NCBI GenBank assembly: GCA_040902925.1
Contig: JBBDWJ010000321.1
Location: forward strand, 125 to 64,124
From: Bryobacterales bacterium
GTDB lineage: Bacteria; Acidobacteriota; Terriglobia; Bryobacterales; UBA6623
DNA: 64,000 bases
Direction of reading: 5' to 3'
The position numbers were made by a program, and so were the translations under genes. Below are positions 50,511 through 59,707 of the stretch, piece after piece. Each line of letters begins with the position of its first letter. Within the stretch, counting starts at the first letter, position 1. The notes below the pieces were generated by a model. It ran no database searches and had not been told where the DNA came from. It saw only the letters and a program-made list of their open reading frames with translations.

Positions 50511-53500
50511 TCAATAGTCGAGACGGAGCGCGAACAGCATCGCGCGGCCGGACTGGGCGCTGGTTACCAGCGCAAAACTGCCGCTGCTGATGTTGGTGTT
50601 CGGGTTGTTAAAGTTCGGACGATTCAAGGCATTGAACATCTCCCAGCGGAACTGCAGGCGGGAGCGCTCGTTTTCGCCTATGTAAAAGTTCTTTGACAGT
50701 ACGAAGTTCCACACGATTTCGCCGGGCCCGGTGAGGATGTAGCGGGCAGAATTGCCATAGAAACCTCGTCCGGTTGCAGGCAGCAGGAAGGCGCCTGGGT
50801 CGAGCACCGGGTTGCGAGCCTTAATGCTATCCCGCATTTCGCCGGCATCGAGGTTGCCGTCGCCCACGCGATCGGGGCGGCCGCCAAATTGGTTCGTATT
50901 GGCGGGGTCATTGCCGGTGAACGAGGGACTCAGCCTTTGCCCGGTGAGCATCGTCGTAATGCCGGATACCTGCCACCCACCGAGAATGCCATCCGCGACG
51001 GCGGGCATGCTGTTCAGGAACTGTTTGCCCCGCCCAACAGGCAGCTCGTAGCCATAGCTGAAGCGGAGCTGTTGGCGGCGATGGCGCTGCTCGTCCGCCC
51101 GCTCGAGGAACCGCTGGTACTGGTTCTGCTGAGCGGTCGGAGCGAAGCCGCCAAGGTTCACGTCGCTGAGCGCCTTGGCCCAGGTGTAGTTGACGTTGTA
51201 CCAGAGCCCTTGGCTGAGGCGGCGGTCCGCCTGGATCGTAAGGCCGTGGTAGATCGACGAGCCGCCCGTCTGCCTAAGCGTCGCGGCGTCATAGCGCGGG
51301 TAAGGCCGGCGGTCAAAGCTGAATGGCGTCGTGCTGGGCATCAGCAGGTTGCGGTCTTCCGTGTAAGGGATGTTCGAGGCTTTGGTTCCGACGTATCCGA
51401 TATCGATAGCCGTTCCCCAAATCTGTTGCCCGACCGAAAAGCTCCACTGCTGGGTCCGCTCGTTGGGAAAGTAGGGACTATTACCCGAAACGCTCTGGAT
51501 GCCGGAAAACTCCGACGTAGCGATAAACGGATTCGGGAAAGTGATTGTCGGCACGTTTTCATTTTCGAGTTGGAACGATTCGGTCGACTGCCAGGGACCG
51601 CCCGTGGCGTTGAGGCCGATCGAACCCGGCAGGGGCGTCGTGTAGAGACCCCAGGCTAACCGCACCACGGTGTTGGTGCCGCCGAACGGGCGCAGAGCCA
51701 AGCCGAGCCGCGGGCTGAAGTTGTTCTTGTCGCTCTTCATCAGAGCGCGAAGCGGGAATCCCGCCTGCGAAGCTGGGATGATTTCGAGCGACTCCACAAC
51801 GGCCGGCACCAGATCGGCCGGCAACGAAGAGCCTGCCGTGACCAGTGCGCCGGTGTTCGGATCGAACGAGAACATGCGGTCGAACTTTTCCGTCCACGGC
51901 GCCTGGTACTCGTACCGCATGCCGTAGTTGAGGGTGATTCTCGGGCTGATCTTGAAGTCGTCCTGGAAGTAGATGCCGAAAATCGAACCCCGCGGATAGG
52001 CGTTGGGGCGAGGGATGCTACGGCTGGCGGAACTCATGTAGCCGAGCAGGAAGTTCGAGTAGTCGAAGTTGCTGAGGCGGTCGTCGAAGGCGAACTGCCC
52101 GCGCTGCGACTGCGGCGCTTGCTGGTCGTTCACCTGGAAGCGGCGGACCTCGCCGCCGAACCGGAAGTTGTGGCGGCCGCGATACCAGGACACGTTATCG
52201 ACGATCTGAAAAGTGTTCTGGGCTTGGTAGGTGCCGGTGGCCCAGGTATCGGTTCCATGGAACCCGATTGCGCCGCCGAAATTGAACGACGGCATGCCGC
52301 CGAGCGCGAGCAGGCCGTTGGGATTGTCGATACCCTGCAATCCGATCCGGTCGACGATTGTGGCGTCCTGGTTCGGTTCCTGCCAGAAGCCGAAATCGCG
52401 CGTGTAGCCGAATTTCAACTCGTTCACCACGTTGGGGCTGAACGTGTGCGTATCGGAGAGGACCATGTTCTGGCCAGGGTGATTCCCCTTCCAGGCGTCT
52501 TGGCCGTATTCCAGGTTGAGCACGCCCGGATAGGAATCCTTGTTGTTGACCACGTAGGAAAAGCGACCGAAGAGGTTGTTCTTATCGCTGAGGCGGTGGT
52601 CGATGCGCGCCGACCAGGTGTCGGAATCGAAACGCCCGCCGGGGTCTCCGGTGAAGTTGCGGTTGAGACCGTAAACGCCTTCTCCCGCCGTGTTGGGGTC
52701 GGGATAGATGATGTCCTGCACAGCCTGAGAAACCGAGCTCATGCGGCTGGTGGGGATTCTGTTGTTCGGGAACGCTTCCCCTGACAGCGGGTCAGTCAGT
52801 GCAATCCGGTCGGCCTCGGGAATCGCGGAATTCATCAGAGCCGAAAAATCGCCCTGGCGGAACTCCGGCGTGGGCACGGAAATGAACTGGCGGGCGCCGA
52901 CGCGATAGCGGGCGCCGCTATAGGAGAAGAAGTAGAAAGTCTTGTCGCGCCCGTCATAGACGCCGGGAATCGCAACCGGCCCACCGTTGTTGAGCATGAA
53001 AATGTTGTGGTTGGTGAACTCGGGGCTATCCGAGTCTTGCCAACTGCGGGCCGTGAACTTGTTGTTGAAGTTGCCCCAGTAGAAAGAGCCGTGGAGTTCA
53101 TTGCTGCCCGACTTGGTCACGCCGGCGAACTGAGCGACCGAGGGGTACTCAGCCGAGTTGTTGGCCGTCATGACCTTGATTTCCTGCATGTTCTCGACGT
53201 CGCCGGCCACGAATCCATTGGGGCCCTGCGCCGCCTGCAGCGGCAAGCTGGCAGAGATGCCGTCGGCGCTGAAATTGTTGGCCGAGCCGCGCGCGCCGTT
53301 GACCAGAAAATCACAGCACTGGCGGGACTGAATGCCGGCCGTCACGTTGGTGACGTTGGCCCAGCCGCGGCCGTAAATGCTCAGTGGCAATTCCTTGTAA
53401 TCGCGGGCGGTCTTGACGTTGGAGAGCGAGGCCTGCTCGGTCTCGATCTGCGACGTGCCGCCTTCGACGGTGATGGTGGTGGTGATCTCACCCAGCTCAA

Positions 53501-53840
53501 GGATGGCGTCGACGCGCTTCGCCTGACTGCTGTTGAGGTCAATTCGCGTGCGGGTGAAAGTTTTGAAACCCGCGCTTCGCACGGTGACCTGGTAGAAACC
53601 GGGTTCGAGACCGGCTATGCGGTAATCGCCCGACTCGTTGGTGGACATCGTCCGTTCGGTGTTGGTGCCTTCGTTCTTGACGATGATTTCGGCGGCGGGT
53701 ACGGATGCGCCGGAGGCATCGGTGACTGCGCCAAGGATCGTGCTCTGAGACGCCTGTCCGTAAAGCACGCCTGTACTCACCTCGGCCAGCAGAATGCACA
53801 GGCAAACTACTGGCGCCAAAAAGAACAATGTTCGTCGCAT
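50511..53840 (-). CDS. TonB-dependent receptor with N-terminal CarboxypepD_reg domain
   Basis: 1109 aa with a signal peptide, GAVTDASGASVPAAEIIVKNEGTNTERTMSTNESGDYRIAGLEPGFYQVTV, and a plug and barrel. Confidence 0.9.
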   Translation of the reverse strand: MRRTLFFLAPVVCLCILLAEVSTGVLYGQASQSTILGAVTDASGASVPAAEIIVKNEGTNTERTMSTNESGDYRIAGLEPGFYQVTVRSAGFKTFTRTRIDLNSSQAKRVDAILELGEITTTITVEGGTSQIETEQASLSNVKTARDYKELPLSIYGRGWANVTNVTAGIQSRQCCDFLVNGARGSANNFSADGISASLPLQAAQGPNGFVAGDVENMQEIKVMTANNSAEYPSVAQFAGVTKSGSNELHGSFYWGNFNNKFTARSWQDSDSPEFTNHNIFMLNNGGPVAIPGVYDGRDKTFYFFSYSGARYRVGARQFISVPTPEFRQGDFSALMNSAIPEADRIALTDPLSGEAFPNNRIPTSRMSSVSQAVQDIIYPDPNTAGEGVYGLNRNFTGDPGGRFDSDTWSARIDHRLSDKNNLFGRFSYVVNNKDSYPGVLNLEYGQDAWKGNHPGQNMVLSDTHTFSPNVVNELKFGYTRDFGFWQEPNQDATIVDRIGLQGIDNPNGLLALGGMPSFNFGGAIGFHGTDTWATGTYQAQNTFQIVDNVSWYRGRHNFRFGGEVRRFQVNDQQAPQSQRGQFAFDDRLSNFDYSNFLLGYMSSASRSIPRPNAYPRGSIFGIYFQDDFKISPRITLNYGMRYEYQAPWTEKFDRMFSFDPNTGALVTAGSSLPADLVPAVVESLEIIPASQAGFPLRALMKSDKNNFSPRLGLALRPFGGTNTVVRLAWGLYTTPLPGSIGLNATGGPWQSTESFQLENENVPTITFPNPFIATSEFSGIQSVSGNSPYFPNERTQQWSFSVGQQIWGTAIDIGYVGTKASNIPYTEDRNLLMPSTTPFSFDRRPYPRYDAATLRQTGGSSIYHGLTIQADRRLSQGLWYNVNYTWAKALSDVNLGGFAPTAQQNQYQRFLERADEQRHRRQQLRFSYGYELPVGRGKQFLNSMPAVADGILGGWQVSGITTMLTGQRLSPSFTGNDPANTNQFGGRPDRVGDGNLDAGEMRDSIKARNPVLDPGAFLLPATGRGFYGNSARYILTGPGEIVWNFVLSKNFYIGENERSRLQFRWEMFNALNRPNFNNPNTNISSGSFALVTSAQSGRAMLFALRLDY

Positions 53841-53887
53841 GGAAAGAGACTCCTCGCTGTGAATGCTGTTACCTGAACTCTGCCGCG

Positions 53888-53921
53888 CTGAAACAGTTAT
53901 TTCAGTAACTGAAATATATAT
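53888..53921. promoter_or_regulatory. AT-rich palindromic operator candidate upstream of the TBDR gene (CAGTTA-N6-TAACTG overlapping TTCAGT-A-ACTGAA, then TATATA)
   Basis: Read directly as ctgaaacagttatttcagtaactgaaatatatat, located 50-80 nt upstream of the minus-strand start codon. Confidence 0.45.
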
Positions 53922-54010
53922 GTCCCGTAGCTTACTGCGCGCCGAAAGGTGGAGTCAAGCGGAATTTCCCGGCGCTGGGCCGGTTCCGCGGCGGCCAGTC
54001 AGCAGGCGAG

Positions 54011-54610
54011 GCCGCTTACAACGTAAAAATCCTGCTCGGCAGCCACGCGCACGCCGACCACATGGATGGCAACGCGCTCGTGCGCAAGCTCACCGGCGCG
54101 AAGGTTTTCGTGATGCAGGGCGACTACAAAGTCATCGCCATCGGCGGCGCCGGCCAGTTTCTCTACAAAGCCAAATGGGCCGCCTGCCCGGTCGACCGCG
54201 TCCTCAAGGACGGCGACCAGGTCACCCTAGGGGATGCAACTCTGACCGCGCGCCTGACGCCCGGCCACACGCCAGGCTGCACCACCTGGACGTTGCAGGC
54301 TAACGATGCCGGCAAAACATACAACGCCGTCATCATCGGCAGTCCGAACGTGAACGAGGGCTATGAACTGGTCAACAACGCGGAGTACCCCAGCATAGCC
54401 AAAGACTTCGCAAAAACGTTCCAGGTATTGAAATCGCTGCGCTGTGAAATTTTCCTGGGCGCGCACGGCGCCTACTACGGAATGGAAGAAAAGCAAAAGC
54501 GCATGGCGGCCGGCGGCCCCAATCCATTCGTAGACCCCGAAGGCTGCCGCGCCTACATCGAAGACCGCGAGAAACACTACCTGGATACGCTGGCCAAGCA
54601 GAAGCAGTAG
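54011..54610 (+). pseudogene. Subclass B3 metallo-beta-lactamase-fold gene lacking its 5' third
   Basis: Homology starts at ...YNVKILLGSHAHADH (HxHxDH), followed by TPGHTPG and LGAHG. The first in-frame ATG/GTG/TTG (54062) is the codon right after HxHxDH. An in-frame stop lies at about 53906, and there is no room or sequence for the ~90-aa N-terminus or a signal peptide. Confidence 0.7.
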
Positions 54611-54631
54611 TGGCGCGAGCTCTCAGCTTGC

Positions 54632-54804
54632 AGCGTCGAGCCTCCGCTCGACGCACTCGAGTTTGGCCATTTTACTCGCGGCCGGGCAAAGACAAAACAA
54701 GGCAAAAGGCAAAGTGCAAAAGGCAAAAGGGGTCCTGCCGTACATGCAGTGCGGCCAACCCATGGCTGAAGCCATGGGCTAGCGTCGAGCCTCCGCTCGG
54801 CGCA
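54632..54804. repeat. Mosaic (BIME-like) intergenic element, copy 2: 24-bp hairpin repeat / A-rich core / hairpin tail / same hairpin repeat
   Basis: AGCGTCGAGCCTCCGCTCGRCGCA occurs at 54632-54655 and 54781-54804. The core at 54656-54732 is nearly identical to 86-170. The tail contains the hairpins GCCGTAC-ATGCA-GTGCGGC and CCCATGGC-TGAA-GCCATGGG. Confidence 0.7.
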
Positions 54805-54891
54805 AACCAACCCGAGATCGTTGGACGTTGAGGCTCTGGCGGACTCCTGGAACCGGCGACGCTTGCTTTGCTACAGATTCGCTCCAGGCTG

Positions 54892-55404
54892 TTAACCCAC
54901 GAGGTTGTCTTTGCCGATGCATTTGCGCAGATAGCTCATTTGCCCGGCGTGGTAGGACTCGTGAAACGCGAGAAACAAAATCGCTCCCCGCATGCTCTTG
55001 TCGGGGATCGGAAAATCTCGCGGCGCGGGGGCCGATAGCTGCTCGTCGCCGGCGGTTTCCAGCGTTAGCATCAATTGCGGCGTGATCTCCTGCCAAGCCT
55101 GGCGCACATCCGCCATCGATGGATACTTCGAGAAGTCATCTCCTGGCGACCCCTTGCGAAAGTGCTCGCTCCAGGCGACATCCTTTTTGGCTCCCAGCAT
55201 TCCAGCCAGCGAACAACGCACTGCCGTGAGGTGCGCGAACAGCCATAGCATGCAATTGGAGCTGCCCTCAACGCGCTTTGCGGCCTCGTCATCGCTGAAG
55301 TCGCGAATCGCCTTTTCGACCAGCGCCGTGGTGATGCCGTAGAGTTGAAAACTTTGAGTGACTAGGGGGTCCATGGTTTCTTTATTCAAGCATGGTTTCT
55401 TCAT
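54892..55404 (-). CDS. DinB-family (DinB_2) four-helix-bundle protein
   Basis: The His triad context is present (LWLFAHLT..., FLAFHESYHAGQMSYL). The start could instead be MDPLVTQ (55374). Confidence 0.82.
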   Translation of the reverse strand: MKKPCLNKETMDPLVTQSFQLYGITTALVEKAIRDFSDDEAAKRVEGSSNCMLWLFAHLTAVRCSLAGMLGAKKDVAWSEHFRKGSPGDDFSKYPSMADVRQAWQEITPQLMLTLETAGDEQLSAPAPRDFPIPDKSMRGAILFLAFHESYHAGQMSYLRKCIGKDNLVG

Positions 55405-55513
55405 TCAGGCATAGAGAGGCGCTGGGATGTGGGGCGGTCTATCAGCGCGATCAGGCGCGCTGCTGGTTGGGATTGAGGTCGCCGGGCTGGTCCTCGGGCT
55501 CGGCGGATGGGCG

Positions 55514-55593
55514 TGGCATGGTTTGGCACGATTCGGCAGTTTTTGGCATGGTTTGGCATGATCTGGCATGGTTTTGCTTATGCTGGCTTCTTC
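55514..55593. repeat. Eight strictly 10-bp-phased direct repeats of TGGCATGGTT
   Basis: (T/C)GGCA starts at 55514, 55524, 55534, 55544, 55554 and 55564, with degenerate TTGCT and TGGCT at 55574 and 55584. Confidence 0.85.
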
Positions 55594-56014
55594 ATCGCTG
55601 TTCGTCCCCTGATTCAACTCTCCGGGTTCGAAATTTTCGCTCCGGCCGGCGAATGGCGCGGCGACCTTTCGCTTCCATTATCTGGCTGGCGAGCAAGGGT
55701 TTTGGACCGCTGACGGGGTAAGTGATTGAAAGAATGGGCGGAAAAGTTTGTCGATTCTTCGTGACCGCATAACGCCGCTCAGGTCGATTCGACCGTCGGG
55801 GCCCACACCCGGCATTTCAGTTCTCGTGGGGAGTACACTGCCTGCCGAATTGACCCTTGTGCGATGCTTGCGCCTGCGTTATTCACGAACTAGCGAATCC
55901 CTTGCCGCCGCGCGAAAAAAGGCTGACTGTCACCAGGGACACGCGCGCTGGGCACGCGCACAGCTCCGATTCACGGATGCGCTATCCTGAGCGGTTTCAC
56001 CGCAAGGACAACGC

Positions 56015-57655
56015 ATGCCAAACCACGACGAGCGCGTATTTTTCCGAACCCCAAGCTGGCTGCGGCCAACTCTTCTGCTGGCCCTGCTGCTGGCGGCCCT
56101 GCTGCTGACCCACTGCAGCGCGCCCAACGAGCAACTGGACGCCGCCGCGCGTTGGTGGAGTCACATCGAGTATCTGGCCTCTGACGAACGCCAAGGCCGG
56201 GTGACCGGTAGCGAAGGCTATCAGCAGGCGGCGCAGTACGTTGCGGATCAATTTCGCGAGCTGGGGCTCGAAGAGGCGGGCACGAAAGGATACTTTCAGC
56301 CCATCGAATTCGAAACGCGGCGGCTGGCCGAAGAGGCGTCGAGTCTCGAGTTCGTGCGCGGCGGCGCAACCATTCAGTTTGAGCTGGGCGAGCAGGCGAC
56401 GCTGGGCCGCGCGGGCGTATCGGATGAGACCGTCGAGGCCGAAATGGTTTTCGTCGGTTATGGGATGACGATTCCAGAGCATGGCTATGACGGTTTTTCA
56501 GGACTCGACGTCAAGGGAAAAGTGATCGTGACGCTGCGCGGCGCTGCCCAGGGAGTGCCCGGCGCGTTGGCTTCGCACTATCAATCGCGGGACGAACGCA
56601 GAAGGCTCCTCGAACGCGTCGGCGCTATCGGCTCGGCGACGATTCTCAATCCGCGGATCATGGAGATCCCGTGGGAGCGCGCTTCCAAGTTTCGGCTCCA
56701 GACCGGCATGGACCTTGCTGATCCGGAGCTGTCGCAGGATGGCGGCTCGAAGCTGAGCTTTACGATCAACCCGGATTACGGCGATTGGTTTCTCGCCGAT
56801 GCCCCGCATAGCCTGACGGAGATTCTCGCCCTCGACGCAGCGGGAAAGCCGCTGCCAAAGTTTGCGATTCCGGGAAAGATCCGCGCCCAGATAGGGCTGG
56901 ATCAGTCGCGCGCTTCTTCGCCGAACGTCCTTGGGGTGCTTCGCGGCGCCGACGCGGCGTTGAGCGACGAGTACGTGCTGCTGTCGGCTCATCTCGATCA
57001 CCTCGGCGTTGGAGAGCCCGTCGCGGGGGATCGGATCAACAACGGCGCGTTGGACAACGCTTCCGGCGTTGCGACTTTGATCGAGGTCGCCCGCGCACTG
57101 CAACAGGCGGAGCAGCCGCTGAAGCGATCGGTGGTGCTGCTTGCCTGCACCGCGGAAGAGAAAGGCCTGTTAGGCTCGCGCTACTACGCCGCGAAGCCGA
57201 CGGTCGAGATGGAGAAGGTCGTCGCGAACCTGAACTTCGATATGTATCTGCCGATCGTGCCGCTGCGCGCGGTGATGGCGCTCGGCGCGGAAGAGTCTGA
57301 CCTGGGTGACGCGCTGCGCGCCGTTGCGGGCGAGGCCGGGCTCGAGGTGCAGCCTGATCCCGAGCCGGCGCGGAACCGTTTCATCCGCAGCGACCAGTAC
57401 AACTTCATCAAGCAAGGCGTGCCGGCGCTCGCATTCAAGTTTGGAGTCGAGCCTGGTTCCGCGGACGAAGAAGCGATGACCGCCTGGTACCGCGACCGCT
57501 ACCACAGCCCCTCCGATGATCTCAGCCAGCCCGTGAACAAAGAGGGAGCCGTGGAGTTCAATCGCCTGATGGTCGCCCTGGTGGCGCGTATCGCGAACGC
57601 AGACAAGCGGCCAGAGTGGCGCGCGGAGAGCTTTTTCCGGAGGTTTACAGAGTAG
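56015..57655 (+). CDS. M28-family aminopeptidase with PA domain, exported
   Basis: SAHLDHLG, NGALDNASGVATLIEVAR and CTAEEKGLLGSRYY, plus an N-terminal signal/anchor. Confidence 0.9.
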   Translation: MPNHDERVFFRTPSWLRPTLLLALLLAALLLTHCSAPNEQLDAAARWWSHIEYLASDERQGRVTGSEGYQQAAQYVADQFRELGLEEAGTKGYFQPIEFETRRLAEEASSLEFVRGGATIQFELGEQATLGRAGVSDETVEAEMVFVGYGMTIPEHGYDGFSGLDVKGKVIVTLRGAAQGVPGALASHYQSRDERRRLLERVGAIGSATILNPRIMEIPWERASKFRLQTGMDLADPELSQDGGSKLSFTINPDYGDWFLADAPHSLTEILALDAAGKPLPKFAIPGKIRAQIGLDQSRASSPNVLGVLRGADAALSDEYVLLSAHLDHLGVGEPVAGDRINNGALDNASGVATLIEVARALQQAEQPLKRSVVLLACTAEEKGLLGSRYYAAKPTVEMEKVVANLNFDMYLPIVPLRAVMALGAEESDLGDALRAVAGEAGLEVQPDPEPARNRFIRSDQYNFIKQGVPALAFKFGVEPGSADEEAMTAWYRDRYHSPSDDLSQPVNKEGAVEFNRLMVALVARIANADKRPEWRAESFFRRFTE

Positions 57656-57762
57656 GGCGGCTTTCAGGATGTTAGGGGTTATGGTCCTTTGGTAGTATCT
57701 CTATCACTAGGAAACACTATGGGCGTGCTCGCGATTCATCCAGGTGAACATCTCGCCGAAGA

Positions 57763-58020
57763 TTGAATGAACTTGAAATGAGCGCCGCTGGGCTTGCGAG
57801 GCAGCTCAAGGTTCCCACCAACCGCATCACCGAGATCCTCAATGGTCAGCGAGCAATAACAGGCGACAGCGCGCTACGTCTGGGTCACTTTTTTGGCACC
57901 AGCGCGGAGTTCTGGCTCAATCTGCAAAAGCTCTACGAACTGCGGCTCGCAGAGAAAAAGGCCGGTAAGGCCATAAGAGCGCTGCCGACCCTCAAGACTA
58001 GCGAGCCCGCTCATGCCTAA
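57763..58020 (+). CDS. higA: HigA-family XRE antitoxin-like HTH protein (orphan; N-terminal 15 codons displaced by a 1-nt frameshift)
   Basis: LARQLKVPTNRITEILNGQRAITGDSALRLGHFFGTSAEFWLNLQ is the HigA signature. The usual N-terminus MGVLAIHPGEHLAED is encoded at 57719-57763 in the neighbouring frame. No higB is present. Confidence 0.75.
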   Translation: MNELEMSAAGLARQLKVPTNRITEILNGQRAITGDSALRLGHFFGTSAEFWLNLQKLYELRLAEKKAGKAIRALPTLKTSEPAHA

Positions 58021-58076
58021 AGCGCAACATCCATGGACTGTAGTCTCTGTCTTTTTCGCTCACTGGGACACATGAT

Positions 58077-59549
58077 CTAGCGTGGAACCTCGTGGGGGTC
58101 CTTTGGCGCTTGCGTGAGGAGCCCGGTGAACACCGACCAGGAAGGCGAGGGAAGCTTCATCGCGGGGTCGACAGCCGCGTCGAACTCTCGCGCCATCCCT
58201 GTGAGCCGCGTGACGATGTCAGCGTGGTTTGCGGCCACGTTGTTTTGTTCGGCGAGATCGGCGGCGAGATTGTAGAGTTCCGGCGGTTCGCATCGTTGCG
58301 GGCTGCGGGGGCGGTCGTTCGGCTTAAGCTCACGCTTTTGAAAATGCAGCTTCCAGTCGCCGGAGCGAACAGCGAAGACGCTTTGCTCAAAGTAATAGTA
58401 GAGCGTGTCATGCGGCGAGCCTTGCTTGCCTTCGAGTAGAGGGAGGATATTGCGACCGTCGATGACTCGGTCGTTGGGGACACCGGCTCCTGCAAGTTCG
58501 ACCGCCGTCGTAAACAGATCCATCAACGAAGCGATGCCGGTTTGCACCGTGCCGGCGGGTAGGCGGCCCGGCCAACGGGCGAGGAAAGGAACGCGCACGC
58601 CCCCTTCCCAGGTTGTGTTCTTGGCGCCTCGCAACGGGCCGGCCGAGCCGCCCTTGATGCGCCTCTTGTTGCTGCCGGCGACCCACGGGCCGTTGTCGCT
58701 GGTGAAAATGACGAGCGTGTTGTCCTCGATGCGGTTGGCGCGAAGCGCGTCGAGAATTTCGCCCGTCCTCCAATCGATTTCCTCGACCACATCTCCGTAA
58801 GGGCCGTGCGCGGACTTGCCCTGAAACCGCGCGGATGGTTTGACGGGTGTGTGAGGCATCGTATGCGGCAGATACAAGAAGAAAGGCCGCTCGCGGTTTC
58901 GTTCGATGAACGCCACGGCCTCTTCGGTGTAACGGCGGGTCAGTGTTTCGACGCGCGCGGGGGATTCGACGGATTTGTCGTCGCGCCACAACTCGAGCCG
59001 GGGCCACTTAACCCAAGGCAGCAGCGACATATCGTTGCTATACAGGACCCCGAAGTACGAGTCGAAGCCGTGCCTGCGGGGACGGTAAGGCTGCCGGCCT
59101 CCCAAGTGCCATTTGCCGATGCAGGTCGTCGCGTACCCCTGTTTCTGGAGCACTTCCGCCAGCAGGATTTCCGACGCGGGCAAGCCCCATTTTTCTTTGG
59201 CGACGATCACGCGTGTCATGCCTGAGCGGCGCGGGTAGCGGCCCGTAAGCAGCGCCGCGCGCGCCGGCGTGCAGGTCGGCGACACCGAATAGAACTCCGT
59301 GAGACGTACTCCTTCGGCGGCCATGCGATTGAGCCGCGGCGTTTGAATTTCGTGGTTGCCGTAGACGCCGAGGTCGCCATAGCCCAGGTCATCGGCGAGG
59401 ATGATGACGATGTTTGGCGGCCGCTGTTCCGGAGCTTGCTGGCCGTTTGTTTCCTGGGGTTGCGCTCGCGCGAGCGGGCTTATGCTGATGAGTAGCGCGA
59501 CGGAAAATATGAGGGCAGCTTTCAAGAGTCGTCCGTTGGATCGATGCAC
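58077..59549 (-). CDS. Sulfatase (arylsulfatase A family), secreted
   Basis: Signal peptide, PNIVIILADDLGYGDLG, and the CTPAR formylglycine motif. Confidence 0.92.
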   Translation of the reverse strand: MHRSNGRLLKAALIFSVALLISISPLARAQPQETNGQQAPEQRPPNIVIILADDLGYGDLGVYGNHEIQTPRLNRMAAEGVRLTEFYSVSPTCTPARAALLTGRYPRRSGMTRVIVAKEKWGLPASEILLAEVLQKQGYATTCIGKWHLGGRQPYRPRRHGFDSYFGVLYSNDMSLLPWVKWPRLELWRDDKSVESPARVETLTRRYTEEAVAFIERNRERPFFLYLPHTMPHTPVKPSARFQGKSAHGPYGDVVEEIDWRTGEILDALRANRIEDNTLVIFTSDNGPWVAGSNKRRIKGGSAGPLRGAKNTTWEGGVRVPFLARWPGRLPAGTVQTGIASLMDLFTTAVELAGAGVPNDRVIDGRNILPLLEGKQGSPHDTLYYYFEQSVFAVRSGDWKLHFQKRELKPNDRPRSPQRCEPPELYNLAADLAEQNNVAANHADIVTRLTGMAREFDAAVDPAMKLPSPSWSVFTGLLTQAPKDPHEVPR

Positions 59550-59707
59550 GACGGCGTTGCGCCGTTACAGATGCGGCCGGATTTTGGAGGCTCGCCCAGC
59601 CGACTTGGGTCTCGCCTTCCCGCCGTAGCAGTCAAGTCCCGAGCTCGGTTCCGTCAATGTCGCCGCTTCGCGGCGATGGACCGGCACGAGTACCGGTCCT
59701 CACTGCG

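Noticed and set aside
55514-55580. Sigma-54 promoter reading of TGGCAC-N5-GGCA / TGGCAT-N5-TTGCT
   Set aside because: The GG-to-GC spacing is 10 rather than the canonical 11 nt, and the -12 element is poor. The motif is better explained as one unit of the 10-bp phased array.
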